From a virus: a DNA stretch of 14,369 nt. This document shows positions 6,379-13,319 of the stretch, in pieces. The notes beneath the pieces were generated by a model. The model did no database searches. It was not told the DNA's origin and saw nothing but the letters and a program-made list of their open reading frames with translations. The stretch lies in UHGV virus genome UHGV-0126033, one strand, 5' to 3'. A program made the position numbers and the translations under genes. Positions within the stretch are counted from its first letter, which is position 1, and every line of letters begins with the position of its first letter.

Positions 6379-8847
6379 TTAGCAGAAGAAGAACGGGGAT
6401 TCTAGCACTTGCCGGATGTCCAAAGTGCCCACTTCCGGCATGTCCAGGTCCGTCAAGTCTGCCCCGGCTGCTGCTGCCGCGCGAGTAATGTAGCCAAGCA
6501 GGTCATTCTCTTCATACAGGCGCACAAACTGCTCACGGATGTGCCTATGCATAGCGTCAACGTCAGCTGCGTGAGTAGCCAGCGAGTCGTGAATAGGCAC
6601 AATGTCCAACCCCTCCGCAGCACAGAGCACCATCATCAAGTGCGTACTGTCCAGGCTATGCACAAAGTTCGGGGCAATCCCGGAGGCTGCCTTGCGCTTG
6701 TTGCAAGTTTTGAAGTCCCGGTTGTGTACCAGTACCGCTGACAGGTTCATGCAGTCAATACGTACGCGCACTTCTTCACGCTGCGTGTAGCGGTTCATTA
6801 CGAGCCCACCCAGCGGCGTATACCACTGCAGATGCTGGCTTGCCGGTACACGCCTAGCGAGGTTCTGCAAGTACCCCATAACTGCGGCTGCGGCTGGGTT
6901 TGCCTCCTCGATAGCAGTGCGCATACGCGGAGCCAGGTAGCATGACAAGTTCCACAGACTGTTAGTCTCAGTACCCTCGTACCCCTCAGCGCAAGCGCCT
7001 TCGAAGATGTAGTCGCTGCAGCTGCGCACAGTGGCGCTGTAGAAGTAGGTCATACTAGGGCGCTTGGTCATGCTGCGGGTGATTTCGTTCTCTCTCCAGT
7101 ACGTGCTCTGGATAACGAAATCCTCCTTGTCCAGGTCCAGTATCACCTTCTCGTCCGTACGGCGCTTCACGTCCATGTACAGGTCCGCTTTCTTATCATT
7201 ACCCTCCCAGTACAGGTTCGTCAAGCGTCCGCCCACAGGGTCTCTCAGGAGCGCTGAGAGATGCTGTCCACCTGAGTTTGTAGCGTCCATAGCAACTGGG
7301 ATTCGGCTAATATGCTCTTCTGGGCATCCAGAACGAACCGCATTAACCAAGTCGATAGCGGCGGCCAGCAGGCACCAGGGGCTATCCGCAGAGGAAAAAG
7401 CAGGGGCATCAAGAGGAGAATCCGCGAGCCTCTCAATCTCTGCATAGTTCGCATCAACCCAAGCTGCACGGTCTTCGAATAGGGTTTTGTCATAACCAAA
7501 GCAAGTGGCGACGTGCACTTTAAGCCAGAAAAGTCCGCGCTCTCCCAGAGGCTTGCCACGTCCGAATTCAAGAAGGGCTTTCTGCAAATCAGAACCTTGG
7601 GGATGCAGCGAGGACTTGAAGTACAGGCGGTAGCGCCAGTCCACACAAGTCGGGAAGTACAGGGCTTTCTCATCTTTGAATTCCTCCGCCATTTCCAGCG
7701 TGGTCAACAGGCTGCGTAGTTGTGACACACGCTTACGGTCTGCGCTGTACCATAGGGACATGCGCGTCTTCCACTCACCGAAGCGGCCCAGTTCTTCTTC
7801 GGTGTAGTTCTCTTTTGGTACTCCATCCAAGTACCACTCCGGTTTAGGCTCTGGTACTGAGCGGGGCATGCCCACCCCAATACCCAGGGCCCGTGCTTCT
7901 TGCACCAGTTCCAGTATGCGCTTATTAATACGGTATGGGGTTTCCTGTGCCTTATTAAGCGCCTTCTTGATGCCGTCCGCGGACTTAAATGCTTCCGCTA
8001 CTTCACGGAGTCGCGCGCGGTCGATGTGCGAGTTGTGATAGGTCCCGCGATTGTCGATGGGGGTAAGGTACCCGCCATCCCACATAGTGGTGTGCTGTAC
8101 CGGTGGCACCAGCATAGGCGGCTTCATGGTTACGGTATCAGCGGACTCTACCAGTTTCTGGAAGGCCTCCATAACATCGTCAGCCGGGTAGAGCATGCTC
8201 AGGTTCCCACTACAGTTCTTCCATTGGAACAGGCCAGTCTCAAACACCGCGGCACATAGCAGCCGACCTACTGAGATATTCTGGGAGTTGGTCCATGGCT
8301 CGTGCCCATAGTGCACGTTCTCAGCACTGGCCCGCAGCGTACGCAGGATGTGCGTGGGAGACTTGGTCTTACGCTCCGTAAGGTACTCGTACACACGGTC
8401 CATGTACGCCGGAGCCACGTTGCGTAACTGCAGGGCCAGCAGTTCCGATTGTACGTTCCGGCCCAGCGCGGACATTACCGCCTGTGCAGTCTGGCGGCGG
8501 CTAGCGGACTCGCCAGGAGCTACGCTAAATGCCTCAAACATTGTGCATAGGCTCAGGGTGGTCAGGACATCCAAGGGGACTAAGCGCAGGAACCGGCGGT
8601 ACTTACCGCCAATGCCCGGGGCTTTTACATTTCGCATCTCATCGATAGCGGCGGCGGCCACCTCATATGCCGAGGTGAGCATACGCTGCGTCATCGGCAG
8701 GTTCATAATCCCACCGTTCTGCAATGCGTCCGTAATCAGCTTACGTGCCCGCTCGATTCCGCGAATCTTATAGGTCTCTTCAAGCTCCAGCTGGCGTTTC
8801 ACCAGTGCTTCCTCTGGTACTACAACCGTATTCAGGGCGCTAATCAT
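6379..8847 (-). CDS. Single-subunit DNA-directed RNA polymerase (T7 RNAP family)
   Basis: 822 aa. Matches to T7 RNAP conserved blocks: YFPTCVDWRYRLY and HPQGSD, DATNSGGQHLSALLRD (motif A aspartate), ASGIAPNFVHSLDSTHL, IHDSLAT (motif C aspartate), C-terminal LESPFFFC (T7 ends ESDFAFA). ATG at 8845-8847 with AAGGAGA upstream. Confidence 0.95.
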   Translation of the reverse strand: MISALNTVVVPEEALVKRQLELEETYKIRGIERARKLITDALQNGGIMNLPMTQRMLTSAYEVAAAAIDEMRNVKAPGIGGKYRRFLRLVPLDVLTTLSLCTMFEAFSVAPGESASRRQTAQAVMSALGRNVQSELLALQLRNVAPAYMDRVYEYLTERKTKSPTHILRTLRASAENVHYGHEPWTNSQNISVGRLLCAAVFETGLFQWKNCSGNLSMLYPADDVMEAFQKLVESADTVTMKPPMLVPPVQHTTMWDGGYLTPIDNRGTYHNSHIDRARLREVAEAFKSADGIKKALNKAQETPYRINKRILELVQEARALGIGVGMPRSVPEPKPEWYLDGVPKENYTEEELGRFGEWKTRMSLWYSADRKRVSQLRSLLTTLEMAEEFKDEKALYFPTCVDWRYRLYFKSSLHPQGSDLQKALLEFGRGKPLGERGLFWLKVHVATCFGYDKTLFEDRAAWVDANYAEIERLADSPLDAPAFSSADSPWCLLAAAIDLVNAVRSGCPEEHISRIPVAMDATNSGGQHLSALLRDPVGGRLTNLYWEGNDKKADLYMDVKRRTDEKVILDLDKEDFVIQSTYWRENEITRSMTKRPSMTYFYSATVRSCSDYIFEGACAEGYEGTETNSLWNLSCYLAPRMRTAIEEANPAAAAVMGYLQNLARRVPASQHLQWYTPLGGLVMNRYTQREEVRVRIDCMNLSAVLVHNRDFKTCNKRKAASGIAPNFVHSLDSTHLMMVLCAAEGLDIVPIHDSLATHAADVDAMHRHIREQFVRLYEENDLLGYITRAAAAAGADLTDLDMPEVGTLDIRQVLESPFFFC

Positions 8848-8988
8848 AGGCGCTTAGTCTCCTTGGTTATGTCCGGTACTTCTAACTACTGATTGCGACT
8901 TACCCAGAGATTGTACATCTCCAGGTAGTCTTTAGCGGCGCGTTCGTCTCCCCGCTCTACTGCTTTCTGCCACATCCCGTGGCACCAC

Positions 8989-9444
8989 TCACTTGGCGTC
9001 AATGCACTTACCTCTGTGTTGCTCGTATAGTTCTGAGTACTTGTCGGACTTGGCAATGTCTTGTTCCAGCTTATCCTTGTTCCCGGCGCGCAGTCTGTAC
9101 TTGAGCCGGTTCCCCAGGCAGTATCCGTAGAACTGCTCTTTCGTCATACTGCGTGCAATCACCTCAATTGCCTCCAGGTCCGGGAAGAACTGGTAGTGCT
9201 TGGGTGAGTTCACTGCGTCGGGCGCTTGTGTGCTGGTTATGGGGACTTCCCCCGCTACATGGAAGTAGTCCGCGCGCCAACCGCCAGCTAGGTCTCCGCT
9301 TAGTGTAATTGTGGTGCCACTAACCTCAAGCACCTCCCTGGAGGCGTATGGGGAGATATGAAGAGACTCGCAGATTCGAGACCAGTCACCCGACACGTGC
9401 GTAGCTTTACGAACTACCACATCACCAACTTTAATATTACTCAT
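8989..9444 (-). CDS. T7 gp1.7-like protein (DUF3310 C-terminal domain; putative nucleotide kinase) with a different N-terminal domain
   Basis: 151 aa. C-terminal HYQFFPDLEAIEVIARSMTKEQFYGYCLGNRLKYRLRAGNK resembles the T7 gp1.7 C-terminus (HYMLFDDIEAIEVIARSMTVEQFKGYCFGNILKYRLRAGKK) as recalled. N-terminal 70 aa (MSNIKVGDVVVRK...) lacks the T7 gp1.7 Cys-rich region. ATG at 9442-9444 overlaps the endonuclease VII stop as ATGA. Confidence 0.7.
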   Translation of the reverse strand: MSNIKVGDVVVRKATHVSGDWSRICESLHISPYASREVLEVSGTTITLSGDLAGGWRADYFHVAGEVPITSTQAPDAVNSPKHYQFFPDLEAIEVIARSMTKEQFYGYCLGNRLKYRLRAGNKDKLEQDIAKSDKYSELYEQHRGKCIDAK

Positions 9445-9884
9445 TTAATAGTCTCCCGTGCTTTACGTCGTGCCCGGGCCTTGCGGGCCTTGAGCTTCTG
9501 TGCCTGCGCCAATTCTTCCGGCGTCTTGTGCGTATAGTATAGCATATCCGTAGGTTCGCGGTCTAAGTAATCGGCGACCCTACGTAGAGATTCAGCAATA
9601 GCCCCAGAAGATTGCATGCTACCAACAATCCAGCGCCCAGCGGCAGATGCCACTTTGCCTTCCCCTCCATTGCACGAGCGATGAAGAGCACCCCGAATAC
9701 GCCCAGTAATATGATCGTGGTCAACGACAACAGAATCACCAGTTACCCCCTTGATTGTGAAGTCCAAAGGTTTGCCACAAAGGGGGCAGATACCTCCCTG
9801 GTCTTTGGCAAGCTTAATTGCCACGGAGCGAATCTGTGCCCGTGTAATCTTCCGCAGACTCATACGTATATGAACCCCCACCAT
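9441..9884 (-). CDS. Endonuclease VII-like Holliday-junction resolvase (T4 gp49 family)
   Basis: CPLCGKPL followed by VVVDHDHITGRIRGALHRSCNGGEG, the zinc-binding and DHDH pattern of endonuclease VII. Start uncertain: ATG at 9884 has no Shine-Dalgarno; ATG at 9863 (MSLRK...) has a G-rich stretch upstream. Confidence 0.8.
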   Translation of the reverse strand: MVGVHIRMSLRKITRAQIRSVAIKLAKDQGGICPLCGKPLDFTIKGVTGDSVVVDHDHITGRIRGALHRSCNGGEGKVASAAGRWIVGSMQSSGAIAESLRRVADYLDREPTDMLYYTHKTPEELAQAQKLKARKARARRKARETIK

Positions 9885-9983
9885 AAATGCGCGGAGCGTA
9901 TGTGAGCTACGGTCAGTGCCGGAGACATCACCTCTCCGGTGTTAGTGCACCTAACCTGAACCCCTTGCTGTGGGGCGGGTTCC

Positions 9984-10011
9984 AATATATACACGTCTTG
10001 TGTATCCTCAA
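9984..10011 (-). promoter_or_regulatory. Candidate sigma70-like promoter (TTGAGG, 16 nt, TATATT) in the intergenic region upstream of the endonuclease VII gene
   Basis: On the minus strand TTGAGG (plus 10006-10011) and TATATT (plus 9984-9989) with a 16-nt spacer. Match by eye only, in the most AT-rich part of an otherwise GC-richer window. Confidence 0.25.
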
Positions 10012-10032
10012 AAGTATATTCTCTACCCATTT

Positions 10033-10233
10033 CTAACATAGTTCAATCTCCCCCACTACATCCAGCATAGCATTGTCGTGAATGAGAGAATCCAAATGCT
10101 CAACCGTTCTTCGATGTGTTTTGGGTGCTCGTTCACGCAGCGCAACCAGAATAGTTTCAAGTTCATCATGTTTCCCCTCGTAGTATAACTCAATCGCCCG
10201 CAGGCTCATTTCCTTCGCAGACATCTTCGCCAT
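10033..10233 (-). CDS. Hypothetical small acidic protein (66 aa from the ATG at 10233)
   Basis: Track ORF 10033..10302. The ATG at 10231-10233 (MAKMSAKEM...) has AGGAG 12 nt upstream and overlaps the exonuclease 3' end by 44 nt. Glu/Asp-rich. No motif. Confidence 0.45.
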   Translation of the reverse strand: MAKMSAKEMSLRAIELYYEGKHDELETILVALRERAPKTHRRTVEHLDSLIHDNAMLDVVGEIELC

Positions 10234-11158
10234 TGTCTGGGTGCTCCTGTATCCACTGTATATGCTGTTTATGGTACTCGTGCAGCGAATGCACCCAGTC
10301 ACGCAGACTGGGAGTAGTCAACAGTGACATCAGATACAGGTACGCTGAATCTGACGGGGAGCGCCGCAGGAACAGGCATTCTGCCTCTGCGAGTACATCT
10401 TGGTTGTTTCGAGCGTAAGCCGCTACAACGAATTCTGCGGCGTCCTGCTCTGAGGTAATAGGGTAGATAGCATCAAAGGCCGTTCGCTTCCCACAGAGCT
10501 TCCCATCAAGCAATGTGATGCCTTTGACGTTATCTGCGTCATCTCCTGCTAGCATCTGCCACCAGAAGAACTTAGTGCCATGCGCTCGTACCGGCATAGC
10601 CTGGGTATCATCCCACTTAATCCATCCGAAGGGGTTATCCAAGGCAGGCCATACGGTTCCGGTTGGGATATCGAACCGGGCCATAGGGCTGAGCCAGGAG
10701 TCCTTGTCCTGAGACATCAGGATTCCACGGTCCCCGAAGCTGTACGAATCCATTATGAACAGGTCATCCGCCTCGAAGTAGTCACTGCTTACTACCTGAA
10801 TACCCTGCTCAGAATACTGGTCTGGATTTTCAATCAGGTGCCGCTTCAATGGCGCCTTGAGCGGTAGCTCCTGTCGATTAGCGCGCTGCCCCTGATAGGG
10901 CTTAGCCGTAGGCAGGTGCCAGCGCAAACACTTGGCGCATCCCGTAGGCGTCAGATACGCAACTGCTTCTGAGCAGCCGACCAGGAACATGTCCTCAAGC
11001 ACCAGCTGATAGAAGCGGCGTATTGCGGTGTCCAAACGTTTCACTGTAGCGGCAGATTTATAAACTGTGAAATCCGCATCGTACAGCAGAATCTTCCCAG
11101 AGTTCTGCGGAGCTAACTGCTCCCCGAGCTGGGACAAGTCAACCCCGTTGATAATCAT
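10190..11158 (-). CDS. 5'-3' exonuclease (FEN family, T7 gp6-like)
   Basis: 322 aa. Acidic active-site blocks in the expected order: ILLYDADFTVYKSA, FEADDLFIMD, MSQDKDSW, LAGDDADNVKGI. ATG at 11156-11158. Confidence 0.8.
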   Translation of the reverse strand: MIINGVDLSQLGEQLAPQNSGKILLYDADFTVYKSAATVKRLDTAIRRFYQLVLEDMFLVGCSEAVAYLTPTGCAKCLRWHLPTAKPYQGQRANRQELPLKAPLKRHLIENPDQYSEQGIQVVSSDYFEADDLFIMDSYSFGDRGILMSQDKDSWLSPMARFDIPTGTVWPALDNPFGWIKWDDTQAMPVRAHGTKFFWWQMLAGDDADNVKGITLLDGKLCGKRTAFDAIYPITSEQDAAEFVVAAYARNNQDVLAEAECLFLRRSPSDSAYLYLMSLLTTPSLRDWVHSLHEYHKQHIQWIQEHPDNGEDVCEGNEPAGD

Positions 11159-11319
11159 CAGACCCCCGTAACCTTCTTGGTCAACTTACGCGCCCAGGAT
11201 TCCCAGGCGGTCAGCGCCTTGCTGTTCTCTACCTTCTCAAACACCCAGCACAAGATGGCTACCGGTACTAGAGGGGCCACTAGCATAAAATAAAATACTC
11301 TGGCAAGGGTATTTCGCAT
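11158..11319 (-). CDS. Unlisted small ORF, 53 aa, predicted single-pass membrane protein
   Basis: Hand translation MRNTLARVFYFMLVAPLVPVAILCWVFEKVENSKALTAWESWARKLTKKVTGV. ATG at 11317-11319 with GGAGA seven nt upstream; TGA stop overlaps the exonuclease ATG as ATGA. Fills an otherwise 160-nt gap. Below the track length cut-off. Confidence 0.4.
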   Translation of the reverse strand: MRNTLARVFYFMLVAPLVPVAILCWVFEKVENSKALTAWESWARKLTKKVTGV

Positions 11320-11321
11320 TA

Positions 11322-11519
11322 TTAAATCTCCAGTCTAGCTACTGATTTAGTAGCTGATTTCACCTGCTTACGGGTAGGTTTAGCGGCCCAGCGCACCACG
11401 TACATGGTGCAAGGGTCGTCCTCCCGGATAAAGGTTACGTACCAGCGGTTGCAGGCATGCTCAGCATAAGGTGCCATAAAGCTGTGCCTAGGTGCGTGCA
11501 CCTCTACACGTACGCCCAT
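11322..11519 (-). CDS. Hypothetical protein (65 aa from the ATG at 11519)
   Basis: Track start 11525 is a TTG; the ATG at 11517-11519 has GGAGG seven nt upstream and lies 2 nt after the upstream gene stop. Protein MGVRVEVHAPRHSFMAPYAEHACNRWYVTFIRE...; no motif. Confidence 0.5.
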   Translation of the reverse strand: MGVRVEVHAPRHSFMAPYAEHACNRWYVTFIREDDPCTMYVVRWAAKPTRKQVKSATKSVARLEI

Positions 11520-11521
11520 GC

Positions 11522-11893
11522 TCAAGCCTCCAGCTCAGATAGCACCAGCACGGTGCCGAGCATGTCCCCGATTACTTCCGGAGTACGCAGGCTCTGGTCT
11601 ACGTCGTAGATGCAGGAACCAATCTCCGCCAGCCCGATGCTTAGCGTACCCACTACACGGATAAGCACGAGGTCGTCGCCACGTAGCTTATCGGCATGTG
11701 CCGCCAGGTCGTTGTGCTCTTTGAAGGCGGTAGCGGCCAACTCCAGGTCCATGCCGTACAGGGCCGCCAGCTTGTCCAGAGCATCGTACACAGCGCCGAG
11801 CTGGTCACCATTGTCGAAACCTTGAACGGCGCTACAGTTCACGTAACCTACAGCCAGAACCAGTTTCTTGTATGCGTCTAGTACTTTGTCCAT
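11522..11893 (-). CDS. Hypothetical acidic protein (123 aa); weak resemblance to all-alpha NTP pyrophosphohydrolase (MazG-like) helices
   Basis: ATG at 11891-11893 overlaps the upstream stop as TAATG. Segments LAEIGSCIYD and EVIGDMLGTVLVLSE loosely resemble MazG-type E-x-x-E and E-x-x-D helices, but the order is atypical, so the call is tentative. Confidence 0.5.
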   Translation of the reverse strand: MDKVLDAYKKLVLAVGYVNCSAVQGFDNGDQLGAVYDALDKLAALYGMDLELAATAFKEHNDLAAHADKLRGDDLVLIRVVGTLSIGLAEIGSCIYDVDQSLRTPEVIGDMLGTVLVLSELEA

Positions 11894-12171
11894 TAGTCAA
11901 ATCCTTTCAATTTGTGTTTTGAAATGAAATTGTGGGCTTTGGTCTCAGTGGCCGTAGCCTCTGCACCCAGGGCGTATGCACGGCGTCGGGACTTGGCGCA
12001 CTGGCGAGTCAAGTGATAGCGGTGTGCGCTAATCTCGGCACCCAGAAGGCTTGCCCTGTGTGCGTGAGAATTAGCTGCCCAGTGCCAGTCGTTTGCTCGC
12101 TTCTGCAAACGCTGTGCACGCAGAAGCAGAAACACAGCGTACTGTTCTTTGGCCCATGTGATTATGCGCAT
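11893..12171 (-). CDS. Hypothetical basic protein (92 aa, Arg/His-rich)
   Basis: ATG at 12169-12171 directly abuts the upstream TAA. Strongly basic, possibly nucleic-acid binding; no motif. Confidence 0.5.
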   Translation of the reverse strand: MRIITWAKEQYAVFLLLRAQRLQKRANDWHWAANSHAHRASLLGAEISAHRYHLTRQCAKSRRRAYALGAEATATETKAHNFISKHKLKGFD

Positions 12172-12426
12172 TTATACCCCCAGGAAGTTAGCTACTTCAT
12201 CACGCTTAGCGCGCAGGTTATCAGCAGGGCAAGCGCACGCCTCGGCTAACTCTTTGCTATGCTTGGATGCCTCTACGCGCGCCTCGGATTGAGCGGCCAG
12301 ACGCACTGCGTCGTCTGCGAATTTAACTGACAACTGCTCGTTAAACTGCGCTTTGGCATCGGCGCGTTTAGCTTCTGCTGTGTAGGCTGCGCTCAGGAGT
12401 TTGATGAGAATCTTGATGATGTTCAT
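12172..12426 (-). CDS. Hypothetical protein (84 aa) with hydrophobic N-terminus
   Basis: ATG at 12424-12426 with AGAGGAAG upstream. N-terminal MNIIKILIKLLSAAY followed by a charged, helix-like region. Confidence 0.5.
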   Translation of the reverse strand: MNIIKILIKLLSAAYTAEAKRADAKAQFNEQLSVKFADDAVRLAAQSEARVEASKHSKELAEACACPADNLRAKRDEVANFLGV

Positions 12427-12439
12427 AGGCTTCCTCTAA

Positions 12440-12456
12440 GGCCCCTAGGAGGGGCC
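12440..12456 (-). promoter_or_regulatory. Perfect 17-nt palindrome (stem-loop) in the 53-nt intergenic region upstream of the 84-aa gene
   Basis: Plus strand GGCCCCTAGGAGGGGCC. On the minus-strand RNA this is GGCCCCU-CCU-AGGGGCC followed by UUAGAGGAAGCCU-AUG. No U-tract, so not a classical terminator. Preceded by CTAATACGG. Confidence 0.3.
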
Positions 12457-12479
12457 GTATTAGTTTAGGTTAGGGTTGA

Positions 12480-13268
12480 TTAGGCTTGATGTGCGGCGGG
12501 TGCTGCTGGCGCCACAGGGGCTGCAGGGGCCACTGGTGCAGCCGGGGCTGCGGGTGCCTGCATAGCCGCCGGACTAGGAACCGAGCCAGCGTTCAGCAGA
12601 ATATCCAGAGCACTGCCAGGGAAGTCTACAGCCTTGTACATATCCTCCTGAATCCAGTTCTTGCTCTTACCATCGTCGAAGGTGCCTTCGATGTGCAGGC
12701 TATCCCAGGTCTCTTTGGTTGGGTTGTTCCACAGGAACAGCTTAATCTCAGAGGCATCCAGGGCAGGCATCTTGATAGGCTCGCCAGTGTTCGGGTCGAA
12801 TTTCGGAATCGGGCGGATACCGGACAGGTCCGCGATGTTGGACTTCTTGCCCGCGGCGCTGGTGTGCTCATCAATCGGGAAGGTGAAGGCCTGGCCCAGA
12901 CGCTGTGCTGCATGCTTAATGCTATTGTCGTAGTTGAGCTTGTCGAAGAACTTCTTGAAGCCTGCGCGCTCAAAGTTACTGATAGCCATCGGGAACGGGC
13001 GGATACGCTTCACTTCGCCGTTAGGACCGAACACTACAATGCCGATGCGTACGTTAGCTACTGCGGGCTTACCGGTCGGCTTGCCACCCTTAGTCGGCAG
13101 GCGCTTACCGATTTCTACGTACTCGGTGAAGTAGCCGTAGTATTCACCCTTCGGCAGCAGCACGTCCTCATACGCACCGCCCTGTGCGGTTTCAGTCATA
13201 TCAACATCCTGCGTTTCAATAGCAGCCGCTACCAGGGAGTTCAGGGTGTCCAGTGCATTCATCGTCAT
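12480..13268 (-). CDS. Hypothetical protein (262 aa) with C-terminal Pro/Ala-rich low-complexity tail
   Basis: ATG at 13266-13268 with GAGGAAG seven nt upstream. C-terminus SPAAMQAPAAPAAPVAPAAPVAPAAPAAHQA. No catalytic motif recognised. Confidence 0.6.
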   Translation of the reverse strand: MTMNALDTLNSLVAAAIETQDVDMTETAQGGAYEDVLLPKGEYYGYFTEYVEIGKRLPTKGGKPTGKPAVANVRIGIVVFGPNGEVKRIRPFPMAISNFERAGFKKFFDKLNYDNSIKHAAQRLGQAFTFPIDEHTSAAGKKSNIADLSGIRPIPKFDPNTGEPIKMPALDASEIKLFLWNNPTKETWDSLHIEGTFDDGKSKNWIQEDMYKAVDFPGSALDILLNAGSVPSPAAMQAPAAPAAPVAPAAPVAPAAPAAHQA

Positions 13269-13319
13269 ATAATTACTTCCTCGTTTAGTTTGAATGATAT
13301 TTACGTGCAGATGCAGGGC

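Noticed and set aside
8886-8975. 29-aa mini-ORF (MWQKAVERGDERAAKDYLEMYNLWVSRNQ) in the leader upstream of RNAP
   Set aside because: Poor ribosome-binding site and no motif; more likely chance than a gene, though upstream-ORF-type regulation cannot be excluded.
12461-12490. Telomere-like TTAGG/TTAGGG repeats (tagtttaggttagggttgattaggcttgat)
   Set aside because: Only two to three imperfect copies spanning a stop codon and intergenic spacer; too short and irregular to be a real tandem repeat.
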